The notes under the pieces: generated by a model
What the model saw: only the letters and a program-made list of their open reading frames with translations
Told to the model about the DNA's origin: nothing
Databases searched by the model: none
In this document: positions 13,745 through 27,745 of the stretch, in pieces
Layout of the letters: each line of letters opens with the position of its first letter
Numbering within the stretch: the first letter of the stretch is position 1
Made by a program: the position numbers and the translations under genes
DNA from: the human T2T-CHM13v2.0 reference genome, Homo sapiens
Strand: one strand, 5' to 3'
DNA length: 64,000 nt
Assembly: GCF_009914755.1 (NCBI RefSeq)
Contig: NC_060926.1

Positions 13745-14524
13745 AGACTTCATTTCTTTAAGGGCTGTTAGACAGAGGGCCTCCATTCTCACCTGACCCT
13801 GGGTCAGAAGCCACTCTCCTTTCCTGAACACTTGGCCTCTCTAACAAGGCAGCTTACTTCATCAAAGTACATAAGCCAAGAAGGCACCAGAAAGTTGACT
13901 AGCAAAACAGAAGTCACAATCTTATGTCACTTAATCACAGAAGACATTGCATTACCTTTGCCATAGTCTGTGGGTTACAGGCAAGTCATAGGTTTCATCC
14001 AAAGTCAAAAGACAAGATTTCATAAGGGCATAAATATTAGTTGGTGGGAACCATCTTACAGATTAACTGCCACACATGGTTTCATCTGTCATGGGATTAC
14101 TGTGACTATTAAGTCACTCAGTTCAGAGTAAGCATTTTGTAAATATTAGTTCTTGTCCATTGTGAAGGCACCTTCTTTTCCTTAATTGTTGCTGTATCCA
14201 ATTACTTTTGTTGGAGTTCTGCACATACATTTTCTCAACCACATAGGCTTCCATGAATTATGCTTTAGAGATTGTTCCAGGCAATTACTGAGATTCCTTT
14301 CCTAGACAGACCATTTTCCTAGATGCTTTCCTAGTGAACTAATTGAAACAGGAACTCCTTAATGGACTGTAGAAGAGACAATGGACAGAGCAGGAACAGA
14401 AACAGAAAGAAAAGAATGCATACAGTTTTAGGGAGAGCAACAGTCATGCACTGGAAGAGAAGATTCCTAGAAGGTTTGTAAGTAAGGCATGATACAAACA
14501 AAATAAAAGAATAAACTTTAGAAT

Positions 14525-14760
14525 CATATCTGGATTTGTATATAAATCTACCACTGAATAACTGTGTATTCTTGGACAAATTGTTATATAACTTCTCTGA
14601 GCCTCAGTTTCCTCATCTGTAAAGTAGATCAATAAAAGTTTCCTGATTCAGAGATGTGATGTGGAGCTAAGATGAGATAATCCTGGTGAAGAGCTTCACA
14701 AAATGTTTGAAATATGGAAAATACGCAGTAAATTTTGTTATCATCATCATCATTGTCATC
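14525..14760 (+). mobile_element. MIR SINE
   Basis: AACTTCTCTGAGCCTCAGTTTCCTCATCTGTAAA core. Confidence 0.85.
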
Positions 14761-15172
14761 ATTATTAGTGTACAAAAACAATTTGGAATCTGATTATAGG
14801 GAACCTAAAATTGCTGTAATGAGAGAAAATGTTTGTTATTATTCAGAAGATAATAAAGAGCCATTTTAGATTTTTCAGAGTTCCTATAGTCAGTGTCCCT
14901 CAAAAATCACTGTCTAAAAGGAGGTGTAATAATAGTTTTAAATATAGAGAGCAAAACTTAAATTAATTTTGTTAGAAGGCAAGGACTAGGGGTATGAGTG
15001 GGGAGAGCTGAGTTATAATATATTAATGAATAAATAATTGCCCACTGGCATGGATTATTTAATTTAATTATTTTATTTTTTTAATTTTGCCTTGCTTGTA
15101 CTTCTTTGTGGAAACTGCAAGATCTGAAACATGTCATTCATGAAGTGGATCATGGATAGGTTCAGTCTTGTA

Positions 15173-15313
15173 GAAGAACCAATAAGTGAACAAAGTCAAA
15201 CTCACTTTATTAAATCTCCATCTAAAAAAGGTCATTTGAACAAAAACAAAAACAAAACAAAAGGCTGTGCTCAGGTGTCTGCAGGTTTGTGAATGTAGTA
15301 GATGTGAAAATGA
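15173..15313 (+). repeat. 141-bp dispersed direct repeat, copy 1 (donor)
   Basis: Matches 16979-17119 with about 10 differences by eye. Confidence 0.95.
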
Positions 15314-15978
15314 TAGAAACCAGATAAAGTGATAACCCTGAGCAGCTTGTTTTGAACAGCTGCTGTAGAAAACAGCTGTTCCAGGCAGACAGGGGTGCTC
15401 AGAGGTTTCCTAGCTTCTCTCTAGTGCTTTGTCATTGTGTTTCTCCCTTAATATCTTCTAACATGTGCCAGAAAATATTAAGAAAGCCATCTATTCATGC
15501 ACAAAAATGAGGAGTAATTCTATACCCTTTAGCTTTAAATCTGCATGGTCTAAGCCAGTAAGAGATCACAAAGGCTGCCTCTCCCCTGTGAGGGATAACA
15601 AAGGTGAGAATAACTTAAAGGTGTAGGGCACTGGAGGAGTGACATCAGCACACACTCAAAATCAGTAAGTCTTTGAAGAGCTCTTGAGGTAAGATTCTAC
15701 CGTTTTCCTGAATTCCCGTTACATAATCACCAAGTAGAAAGCCGGTTCCCACTCAAACACATCTAGAGGTAAGAAATTCATTTTTTTCCTGGGCAGCCAA
15801 GTTCATTTTCAGGCAGTTAAGGTGTTTAACAGGATTGCCTGGCACTGAGCTGAACTTGGCCTACCTACAACTTACTGGTGCTAGTTATGTCCTTCGGAAT
15901 CAAACAAAGTTGGGCTATCTGTGTCACAATGCAGCTTCTGTATTCATTTTTCAATGGCATCTTTTCTGGTATATCGTG

Positions 15979-16395
15979 TGTATTAGTCCAGTTGTGTTAC
16001 TATTGAGGAATACCTGAAGCTGGGAAATGCATAAAGAAAAGAAATTTAATTGGCTCACAGTTCTACAGCTCTACCGGAAGCATGCCAATGTCATCTGATC
16101 GGTTTCTGGTGAGGGCCTCAAGAAGCTTGCAATCATGGTATAAGGTGAAAGGGGAGCCGGCATCTCACATGGCAGAAGAAGAAGCAAGAGTGAGAAGGAA
16201 GAGGTCCCAGACTCTTCTAAACAACCAGATATCCCATGAACTAACCGAGCAAGCACTCCCTCATCACCAATGAGATGCTGCTAAACCATTCACAAGGGAT
16301 CCACCCCCATGATCCAATCACCAGACCCCACCTCCAACACTGGGAATCTCATTTCAACGTGAAATTTGGAGATGACAAAGATCTAAACCATATCA
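15979..16395 (-). mobile_element. MST (MSTB-like) solo LTR
   Basis: TGTATTAGTCC...AAACCATATCA termini; AATTGGCTCACAGTTCT and CCCATGATCCAATCACC motifs. Confidence 0.88.
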
Positions 16396-16978
16396 ATCAT
16401 CCATATTTCTTTTAACTATTTTTTAGATATCATGCTTGATAGACTGTTTACCTCTGAGAACAACAAAGAAAGTAGAAAACCCACTCTGAATCTGGCTCCT
16501 AAGACCTAGGTTGTAGTATCCCTTAATGAACAAGAACAATTCAAACAATAACAGACAATGTCACTAGGTGAAGACAAAAACAAGGCCACTCCATATTCAA
16601 CTCTGAACAAGGAACAGGCTAGGATGCTGTACCACCAGGAAGTAACCAAACACCCCTTTCTCCCTGCGGACACGAGAGACTATTGCTTCTTTACCAATTT
16701 CAACTCTAGCTCCACTTCATTTGTCCTGGCTCCTAAATGGAAATTGTTCAGATAGCAGCATTAGCCATATAGCCCAAAGGTGGAAACAACTCAAATGTTT
16801 ATTAAAAGATGAATGGATAAACAAAATGTGGTATACTCACAAAATGAAATATTGCCCAGCCATAAAAAATATGTGAACTGACATATGCTACTGCATTGAT
16901 GAACCTTGAAAACATTATGCTGAGTGAAAGAAGCCAGACACAAAAGGCCACATACGGTATGAGTCCACTCACATTACC

Positions 16979-17119
16979 GAAGAACCAATAAGTGAACAAA
17001 GTCAAACTCACTGTATTAAATCTCCATCTAAAAAGGACATTTGAACAAAACCAAAAACAAAACAAAAGGCTGTGCTCAGGCATCTGCAGGTTTGTGAATT
17101 GTAGTAGAGGTGGAAATGA
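16979..17119 (+). repeat. 141-bp dispersed direct repeat, copy 2 (inserted in L1MB)
   Basis: Interrupts the L1MB between ...GAGTCCACTCACATTACC and TCTGGAAAGTCCAGAATAGG. Confidence 0.95.
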
Positions 17120-17286
17120 ATCTGGAAAGTCCAGAATAGGAAAAGCTAGAGACAGAAAGTAGATTAGTGGTTGCTTAGAACTTGGAGAGAGATGAGGGTG
17201 TGAAAGTAATAACTACAGGGTACAGAGTTTCTTTTGGAGGCGATGAAAATGTTCTAAAATTGGTTGTGGTGATGGATGCACATGTC

Positions 17287-17788
17287 TGTTGTGGAAATAA
17301 ATGAAAACCAACTGGCTGTTTATCCAGAGCTTGCTACAGCAAGGGAGTCGGCCACCAGCACCTGTGTTTGGCAGACTCTCAAAAGGCAAAGCAGCAGCCG
17401 CGCCCTGATTGGAGGCTGCTGGCCTGGAGAGCCACTGGCAGGCTAACACAGAAAGGCCTCCTATATGATTGTTTAGGGGTACATATTTGGCTTCCTCTGA
17501 CTGATCCTGAATTGAAAGTGAGGGCAAAAATTAGGGAAGCTGGAAGTTATTAATCAAATCCTGGCCATTTGGGGCTGATCTTTATTGGGGTTAGGAATTG
17601 GTTTCCCGGATTATTTACCAGAGGAAGTGACCTTACTTCCTACAGATTTGACAGAGAGTAGATTGGCTTCCTGGGCAGGTTATTGTAGATAATGGGTTGG
17701 TATCCTGTACTGGCTGCTACAGACTGTGGGTCACAGTTTATTTTTACATATAGTCTGGCCCTTGTTCATATGTATATTCAGTCTCTCA
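17287..17788 (-). mobile_element. Solo ERV1 LTR, MER67-like
   Basis: TG...CA termini; minus strand has CCCAGGAAGCC and AAATGGCCAGGATTTGATTAATAAC; L1MB resumes after 17788. Confidence 0.72.
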
Positions 17789-18382
17789 CTTGAGTATACT
17801 AAAAACCATTGAATTGTGCACTTTTAATGGGTGAATTTTATGTTATGTAGATAATATTTGTATAAAACTGTAACAAATTCAAAAGAGGGACATATACTTC
17901 AATTATCAAATTGCATCTGCTCCCTGCAACATCCAACCCAGAGCCAATCCTCGCTTCTTTAAGCTTTTCCCAAAATCTCCCAGCATAAGCTCAATCCCTG
18001 CAATAAGCCCATCCTTCCTTCTTTTTGCTAAGATATCCATAGTTTGTATGCTGATATCTTGCTGTAACGAGTTAGTAAACTGGGCTTTCTCCCTACTGCA
18101 GTTTATCTCCTCTAACAACAGTAAGTCTGTACATATCCTTCTTGCATCATGTTATTGGCAGATCTTTCACACATGTCATCAGATCAGCACAGAAACAAGC
18201 AACATTGCCACCTTACTCATTCTTGACACTGAACTTCATTGTGAGACTGTCATCTGCTTTTTTTCTGAAACATCTATCCTCTTAAAAAACAAGAGCCTCA
18301 AAGCAGGAAAAGGTATATTATTTTTCCCCATAATCAGGTCCTTTTTTGAGGAACCATTAAAAGACTAATCTAAAAATATTAA

Positions 18383-18756
18383 TAGTCATAGACCATAAAA
18401 TGATGTTTTGCTTAACAATGGACTGCATGAACATGAACATGCATGAACAATGCATGAAGATGGTCCCAAAAGTTATAATACTGTATTTTTACTTCACCTT
18501 TTCTGTGTTGAGATAGGTTTAGATACACAAATACTTACTATTATGTTACAGTTGCCTACAATATTTAGTACAGTAACAACCTGTACAGGTTTCTAGCCTG
18601 GGAACAATAGGCTATACCATATAGCCTAGCTGTGTCATAGGCTACAACATCTAGGTTTGTGTAAGTTCACTCTAATGTTTGCGCAATGAAGAAATCAGCT
18701 ACAGCTAATGATGCGTTTTTCAGAACATATTCCTATCCTTAAGTGACACATGACTC
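18383..18756. mobile_element. Tigger3a/MER7-type DNA transposon (TcMar)
   Basis: Decayed TIRs (TAGTCAT...CATGACT); internal AATAGGCTATACCATATAGCCTAG and GTGTAAGTTCACTCTA. Confidence 0.8.
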
Positions 18757-18790
18757 TGTGTGTGTGGGTGTGTGTGTGTGACTGTGTGTG
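18757..18790. repeat. Imperfect (TG)n microsatellite
   Basis: Direct reading. Confidence 0.85.
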
Positions 18791-19851
18791 GGCATGTGTA
18801 AAACTATACTTCTGAATTGGCTGTAAGCCCATATTAGCTTCCTTGAAGCAACCATTCATATGGAAATGGTCAAACACAAGGAAATTGAGAATCAATACTG
18901 AATAATTTAAGTTACTTATTAACTTTATTACATTAGCAGTAGTACATTCATTTCAATTATTGATCTAGCTTACTAATGAGACTTGGCAAAGCTTCTTGTA
19001 TTGTCTATAACCTAAATGTGAGAGGAGAAAAGGCAGGGAAAGGAAAATATTCTTTTGATCTGCCTGGCCTTCTTCAGGCTTAGGAATTAAGAATTTCATT
19101 TCTTGGAGCCATCAGGAGCTCCACCAGGTTTTCAGATTCAAGCTATCAGCACTGCTTCTCTTATTTGGAGAGTAGCCCACGGTCACTGTGCTTCCTACAT
19201 TCAGATTGTTCATAAGCAGAATAGTAAGAGACCCAGGCTATAAAATGCTGACGCTGACTAAACAAGGGGCATCTTATAGAAAAGCCAGGGGTGAGAGCTG
19301 AAAGTAGAGAATCTGCTCACATTCCGCCTAAAGTATTTGGGTGGCCTAAATTATCTGCCCCTCTCTCACCCACAGACCAAGATGCTGTCCTTTCCCAGGT
19401 TGTCTAGAGCAGGGCACTGACACATCCTCAAAACCCCCAGTCTCATTCTAGGCTGGGACTTCAGCAGAGCTCCTGAACCAAAGTTACAGCTGAGTCCTAG
19501 AAGTAGGAAGGAGACAAGAGAACACAGGTGCATGTTTAATTTTTAATCTTAGGAGAAATGAGATTCAAAATCAAGCCAAAGAGGTCCATCTCTTACATGG
19601 AAAAGCAAGCATATAACAAACCAATCCTGCTACAAATAACAGCTATAGACTCTGGGCAGCATATAAAACACAGCTACTGGAGAGCTCTGGAGACTGAACA
19701 AAAAAATACAAATTAACAAAAGAATACAAATTATCAAATGAGGTTCAAAACTTGAAACAAGCTGCCAAAATAGAGACTTCTGTAGATTTTTCCCTGTGGC
19801 AAGATGGGTGTGGAGCAGTGCAAATTCTGATAGAACATCCACCATTTTTCT

Positions 19852-20162
<311 letters not shown>

Positions 20163-21735
20163 CATCCACCATTTTTCTGATCAGAAGACCCAGGATGAAG
20201 AACTAGGACAACTAGGTCCACTAGCCAATGAGAGGAAAACCCTAAAATAGAACGAGTGAAGGGAATCCCAAATTCTGATAAACTCAGGTTAAGTCTCTAG
20301 CTGACCCTTGAGTCAGATGTGCGTAATAAAATGAAAGCAGCATACAGCTAAAGATTAAAGAATTGGCCTAAGATCTGAAATTTCACCTCCTTTCATTCCT
20401 TACAGGAAATTTCAACTTCAGTATGAGTCTAATCAAGTTAACTGACTGCTTAAAAGCAATCGATACTATTTTTCAGAATATAAGAGAATCCAGAATTATA
20501 TGATATAATATTTACAGGGTCAAGCATTCAATTTAAAATAATTTATATATGATGATTCAAGAATATGTAACCCATTCCAAAGGGAAAGACAATCAAAGTA
20601 GGCAACCTTGTTTTGATCCCAATGTTGAAATTATCAGACAAAAACTTTAAAGTGGCTGTTATAACCCTGCAAGTGAGGTAAGAAAAAATCTGCTCCAAAT
20701 AAAAAAAAAATAGAAAAATTTAGCAGATATGACTGAAAAAAGAGTCAGTGAAGTAGAAACCAAGTAAGTAGAAATTCTCCACTTATAAGAGAGAAAAAAT
20801 ATTTTTTAACAAATCCTCAAGAATTAGTGGGACAAATTTAAGAGGTCTAAGAGTTAATTGGAGTCTCACAAGAGAAGAGAAAGATAATTTCTAAAAATTA
20901 AAGATATTAAGAAATAATGCTCAAAAACTTCCTAAATTTTATAATCCACATAAATTCACAAATTTAAGAATCTCAACCAAATATAATTTGGATAAATTTG
21001 AAAACCATACCTAGACATAGCATAATCAATGGCTAGCAAAATAAAGAGAAAAAAAATTAAGGCATAGAAAATTACAAACAGGAAAACTATAATTCAGAAC
21101 TCTACTGAATGCTCATCAGAAACTATGCAGGCCGAAGCAAAACGAAACAATATCTTCAAAGTTATTTTTTAATTCAACCCAGAAATCTATAAGCATCAAA
21201 AATATTATTCAAGAACAAAGGAAAGGAGCACTTCTGGAATAATGGAGTAAAGGCTTTCAAATGTCTGCTCCTCCATAAAATTAGTGAGAACAATGAAACA
21301 ATTATTTACGTCAACTTTTTCATGTCTCTGTGAATTAATCAAAGGCTTCCAACAATCAAAGTAGTGTTTATTCAGGAAAAGTGGATAATTTTCAGGATAA
21401 ACTGTGAGCTCTGTGGCAGTCTAACTTGCCTTATTCCCAACCCCCTCTCTCCAACTCCATGATAGCCTTGAAAACCAACAGCTTTGCAACTATAGTAATT
21501 ATGAAAAACAGTAGCATAGCAAATACTGGCGGGGGCAGAAGAGGTTTGGAGCTCCCCCAAAAAGCCTTACTCCACAGACTTGTCACTATTTGAAAGAATA
21601 CCCCAAACGCGGTCCCTAGGCAGAGAGAATGTATTGCTTCAAGCTAGTTAAGGAAACCACCTAATCATTAGCTGACCACTAAGCTCCAGAGCTAAGAATT
21701 CAGTGGCTGCTAAGATCAAAGAATACACACTAGTT

Positions 21736-22091
<356 letters not shown>

Positions 22092-22889
22092 TCATTAAAC
22101 TAACAGCAACAATAACAAAAGCAAGAGAAAACGGCTACAGCAAAAACCCTGGGGTGGATGTCTCCAGCAGAGCATCCATGTTATATTATTTAAAATGTCC
22201 AGTTTTCAACAATAAATTTTGAGACATGCAAAGTGAAAGGAAGTATGGGCCATACACAGGGAAATAAGTCAGTCAGTAAAAACTGTCCCAGAGGATGCCC
22301 AGACAGTGTAAACATGAAAGAAAGATTTTAAATCAACCATTACAAATATGGTCAAAGAAGAAAAGAAAACAATATCTAAAGAATTAAAGAAAAGTTTGAG
22401 AATGATGTTTCACCAAATAAAGAATACCAGTAAAGAGATAGAAATTAGATTTTAAAGAAACAACTACATTTTAAAGAAACAACTACAACTAAAATAAATA
22501 TTAGGATATCAAATTCAGAAATATGTTTTTAAAATAATGAAGTATCACATAAGTAAAGTTGGTTTAACATTCGGAAATCAATCAGTGTAATTCACCATAT
22601 TAAGAGATTATAGGAGAGAAATCATATTATGAACGCAAAAGACAGGAGAAAGGCTTTGACAAGATTAACAGACATTTGTGATAAAAACTCTTTTCAAACT
22701 AGAATAAAAAGCTTTCCATATTTAATAAAGGACATCTGTAAAATATCCACTGCATATTGTACTTAATGGTAAAAAATTAACCAATTGGACACTTTCTTGC
22801 TTAAGAATGGAAACAAGGTAAGAATGTATGTTCTCATCGCTTCTATTCAATATTGTACTAAATAGAGTAATATTTAGAGAACTAAATAT

Positions 22890-23023
22890 CGTACTATGTT
22901 TAGCAGTATCTCTTGTCCCTATCAACTATACATCAATAGCAACCTCTAAGTCATTATAACCAAGAAATGAGAAATTGCCAATGTCCTCTGGGGAGGAATA
23001 TCACCTCCAGCTGTTAATCACTG
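22890..23023 (-). mobile_element. MER20-like hAT fragment
   Basis: TGTTTAGCAGTATC...ATTGCCAATGTCCTCTGGGG...AATCACTG resembles reverse-complemented MER20. Confidence 0.6.
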
Positions 23024-25559
23024 CAGTAATGCACAAAAACAAAACACATTACAAATTAAAAGATGTCAAAACATCCCCATTAGGCAGATAGCATATTTGT
23101 TTACATAAAATTCCTCAGGTATTTACACAAAAATGCTAGTGAATTTAGCAAGGTCACTAGATACGAAGGTAGTATATAAAAATCCATTGCATTATACTTT
23201 AGAAACAAACAATTAGACATTGAAATTAGAATAACAACTTATAGCATGACAGATACATAAAATAGTTATTAACAATAAACATAACAAAAGATGTAGAAGC
23301 TTTCTCTATGGGGTATTGCTGAATTCTACATGTAGAATATTGCTGACAGAAATTAAAGGCCTAAAGAAGTGGAAGGAAGTACCATGTTCATTGATTAGAA
23401 TGGAGCAAGCCAATCAGTCATTCCCACAATATGAAAAGTTATATTTATATAAGAAAACTTATTTTAAATTTCCCTAAAATTGTCTTATGAGATTTGATTA
23501 TGAAATGCAGGTAAAGTACTTAGTATAGTATCTGGCACACAGTAAGCATGCAACAAATCTTACCTATTATTATTATTTAATTCCTGCTTTCTCTGCCATA
23601 AAATTCCATCTGTTTCTTCCAGCATTAGCTTTCATTTTTAAAACTAATAGAAACTTCTACTTCCATATATTTTTTTGAAAATCTTCCTGAATCTGAACAG
23701 ATAGACTTTTCCCACCTTCTGCACGAACTTGGAACACAGAATGCTAGAGCTGGCCATATAAAGCAGCTAATTAATTCCATGACTGAGTAAATGAGTTGTT
23801 CTGGCTTCCTTTACAGGTAGGGATGAATATCGTAACAAAAATCAGCCACATCTCCCTTGTCGCATTTCTTGGCTACTAATCTCCTTCAGGGAAAAATAAA
23901 ATAAACTCAAGGTATGGTTCTTATGAACCAGAAGCACCATAAAGATTAAGAAACAAAAAAATCTTAAAACCACTTTTACACTGCAATAGTATTACATAAA
24001 AATTATTATTCAGTGCATAAGTAAAATTAGACAGTGAAGAAAATCTACATAAATTAAATACCCACGGGTTTGAACCAATAGCCCACAAATGTTTTTATAC
24101 CTTGATTTTTCTGAATAGAAACCCAAGTTTGATAAGACACTATTTCCCACCTCTTTATAGAGAATAGCATTTATGGAGTCTGGTCTTATAATAACTAATT
24201 TCACTTCCTGAGGATTTTCTACATGTGATGATGAGGTAAAATTATGAATCAATATTTAATATGAAAAGGTGAAGAGAAATGATACTGTCTTAATAAAATA
24301 AGCTAAAACTTGGAGAAGGATCAAGAATTCAGTCTTACTCAGCCTTTCTTGGGACCCTCATTTGACCTTCTCAAGAAAACCGAAAAGAAACAAGCTGTGA
24401 TGGGTAATTTCTTTTGGAGCTAAGTAATGGAGCCATTATGCAATGATAAATCAAGGGAAGAGTCTTTTCCAGTAATGTGATTAGTAATCCCAGGGTCAGA
24501 GGCAGTGGCAAGCAGAGGATCTAATGACGTAAGTTTATAGCCTTCAAGGCCTAATCACGCCTGCTACTACACTGGCTCAAATGGTATCATTTTTATTATA
24601 CTAGCAACCAACCAACCAGCTAGGTCAAAAGGGGGAAAAACAAACCTGGGGCAATTGTGTTTGGCCACAAATACCTTATTTGGTTTGGTGGCAATTGAAT
24701 AACAACATCTCTGGTGAGCTGCTAATGAAATCCTCTTCTCTTAGCATCTAATCAAAATTCACAGCCAGAAGCAATATGGAATGAATATTCCAGCTAAAAC
24801 ATTAATTATTCTGGTGATAAAACTGTCTCCACAGTGGGCTTCAAGCAGGCACATTCTTTGTGACCAGAAATGCTTAAAACATCATGTTCACCCTTTGATG
24901 TCTGAACGCTTCAAATTAGGAAGGAGGGAGGGCAAGTAAGCCATCTATTCCCCAGCAGGGCCTACTGGGCAGCATGAACATCAGAGAGAGCAAAGCATGT
25001 GCATTTATAGCTCTTGTCCTTCAAACTCTGGGGAAAATGACACTAAGATTTCAAAAGTCATGAGCATAGGAACTAAGCCTAATTTAAAAGATTAATAGTT
25101 TTATCCCCATTTAGTTAACCATAAGTAGATTGTAGTTGTTCTATATAATTTACCTGCAGAATACTAGTATTTGTTAAAATCAGAACAACCTTACAACTGT
25201 TCATTAATTGTAATGTTTTCTCTAAATGTAGAAGTGCCATTGGCAAGGCCATGAACATAAAGTATCACAGGCACCACCACTGTCAGAAAGAAAACACGTC
25301 AGCACTCTTAGTACTTGCAGAGTTCTGGGCATGGTGATCTGGAGAGAAATTCAATATAATTTACCCACCATCTGGCCTATGTTCTGCTTGTTTTCTTATG
25401 ACAACTATACATGGCTTTCATGTATTTTAAAATGTTCATGTCATTTTAAGAACAACCATGTTGTATAATTTAAGGCCAGTAAGTAATGGTAGATGCTCAG
25501 AGTCCTGGTTGGGAAAAGATTAGTTTAATATTAATGACAATAATATTAATAACAATAAT

Positions 25560-25928
25560 TAGTGAGCACTGGTGCCAGATACTTTAGTAAATACTTTACA
25601 TGGATTATATAATTTAATCCTCATATTGACCCTATGATAGGCAGGGCACTGGGCTCATGCCTATAATCCCAGCACTTCAGGAGGCTGAGGTAGGAGAGCC
25701 GCTTGAGTCCAAGAGTACAAGACCAGCCTGGGCAACATAGTGGGACTCCCATCTCTACAAAAAGTGTTTTTTAAAATATTAGCCAAGAGTGGTGGTGGTA
25801 CACACCTGGGGTCCCAGATATTCGGGAGGCTGAGGTGGGAGGGTCTTTTGGGCCTGTGAGTTTGAGGCTGCAGTGAGCCATGATCGTGCCATGCACTCCA
25901 GCCTGGGCAACTGAGTGACAGCCTGTCT

Positions 25929-25960
<32 letters not shown>

Positions 25961-26360
25961 AACCGTTTGATAATAACATATCATTGTGCTTATTTACAGA
26001 TGAAGAAACTACATGCTTAAAGAAATGTGCAAGTTAGGTCACATAGCTAAGAAGCTAAGGAACTAAGTTAATAACCTATGGCCAAATGAGTTCAGAGTTC
26101 AGTTCATCTCCACCCTCTTGACAGATAAGTAGCAGCAGAAATGAGTCTAACTAACAGGCACTGAGTGTTGACACTGTTCTGAGTGCTTTAACTTATTGAA
26201 TTCCCACAATTCTGAGATGAATATTAATTCTATTATTATTATTATTTCCATTTTACTGAACAGAGGAAATAGAGACACAAAGAGACTATTAGTTGACCAA
26301 GGTCAACACAGCTGTCTAGAACTGAAATTTTAAAACTCTGTTGTCTGTGAAGTCCGTACT
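25560..26360 (-). mobile_element. MIR fragments, one split by AluJ
   Basis: ATTTAATCCTCA, TTTACAGATGAAGAAACT, GGTCACATAGCT, CCAAGGTCAACACAGCT. Confidence 0.65.
25640..25959 (+). mobile_element. AluJ
   Basis: Diverged dimer with GAGTTTGAGGCTGCAGTGAGCCATGATCG and poly-A. Confidence 0.92.
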
Positions 26361-27449
26361 ATTTGGTGAACTATTTCTAAAACCATTATTCTTTACTTAC
26401 TCATAATGTTTCCCTTGGTTTTCTAGGCAATTGGAAGATGTATGAAATTACCTTTTTGTGTGGTATGAATTTCAGGGTAGTCTGTAATTTATTTTTATGG
26501 GAATAAAATGACTGGGGATCAAAAATAAATAGCCTAATTATTATTTAGGTAAAATTAGTTATAATTAGTTTATGTGACCTTGATGTGTCTTTTCATTTTT
26601 CCTGAACTTGATTTCCTTGGTTATAAAATGAAGGGTTTATACTAGGTGACTTATAAGGATCCTACAAGTGAAAACTTATCAATCCTCGCCCTTCTTCTAA
26701 GTATATGAGTATGTGAGCACTCAACCTGTTACAAATTTTTTTTTCTCTAAAGTCAAGGCAAGGTTAGCTAACTTTCTTATTGAACGCTGTTTACCTATGT
26801 TTAGGGGCTAACCTGATGTTGTACTTCTGAATAGGTAAAGCTTTACTTCCAGGGAATGTCCTAGCAGAAAAATACACATTACCTTTCCTGGGAATCACTT
26901 ATGGTGTATTTGCAGTAAAAGGCCAGTCAACAGACCTTTCCCTCCATAAGCCTTGAAGAAAATCATTAGCATTAATTAACCATGGGAAAGTGGACTTTAC
27001 AATATTAACTTTCAAAAGCATCTGTGGAAATAAGTTCTGATATTCAAGCACGCCCTCATTTCATAGATATCCTTAAACTGTCTTCTAAAAGCTAATTTAC
27101 ACTGGGTGGCTCAGGAGATATTCCCCAAGAATGGGTACAAAGAGCAAGACATAATCACCCTTGGGCTTAGGTAGAAAAACGAATCTCAGAAAATGATGAG
27201 TAGGAATGTGTTTGAGACAGTGAGGCTATAAAAGACATACTTCCCACTGATTAAGAAATTTGCTTCCAAGAAGAGCTGTACTCCAAGAGGGAGTTAAAGA
27301 CACTTAAAGGCAAGTGTCATTATTTTTGAATGAAGAAGTACACGAAAGCTATCTATGGCGACTAATTTCTTAAAAAGCATGTTTCTATTCTAAAACTATT
27401 CCAAGAGTGAAATAAATGTTTGCATTTTCTACAGAAGTCCAAGAAAATA

Positions 27450-27745
27450 ACCAAAATACATAAAACAGGCGATTGGTTGATTAAATGTGCCAAGACCATA
27501 CAATGGAATGTTGCACAATCATTAAACTTAATACTCTAGAAATATTTAATAGAAAGATGTTCACTATTTATTTGGATTTAAAAATATGTCCCAAAACAAT
27601 AACCCAGTGATAGTGCCATTTTCCAATGTGTGAGTGTAGTGCGTTTAAGTATATATGCCAATGTGATAGCTGACTACTTATTATCTTCTTAGTTTATGAG
27701 CATTTTATAATTTTTTGGTAATAAGCATGTATTAATTCTTTAATG
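27450..27745 (+). mobile_element. L1ME-type 3' fragment
   Basis: CCATACAATGGAATGTT...ATCATTAAA and ATAAGCATGTATT. Confidence 0.5.

Larger units (their letters stand above)
8555..14074 (-). mobile_element. Old MLT1 (MaLR) LTR split by the L1 below (pieces ~8555-8655 and 13745-14074)
   Basis: MLT1 motifs (AATCAAGGTGCCAGC, GGCAGCTTACTTCATCAAAG, CTGCCACA end) continue across the L1. Confidence 0.7.
16755..17885 (+). mobile_element. L1MB 3' end with two nested insertions
   Basis: GAATGGATAAACAAAATGTGGTAT, GAACCTTGAAAACATTATGCTGAGTGAAAGAAGCCAGACACAAAAGG, GAGACAGAAAGTAGATTAGTGGTTGC. Confidence 0.88.
16510..18110 (+). mobile_element. Old ERV1-class LTR (MER31-like group) split by L1MB; pieces ~16510-16750 and ~17900-18110
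   Basis: GACAAAAACAAGGCCACT, GCTTCTTTACCAAT, CATCCAACCCAGAGCC motifs; subfamily uncertain. Confidence 0.5.

Noticed and set aside
22449-22486. Short tandem duplications (also near 11336, 18423, 35377 and 39597)
   Set aside because: Ordinary slippage products; no spacer structure, so not CRISPR-like
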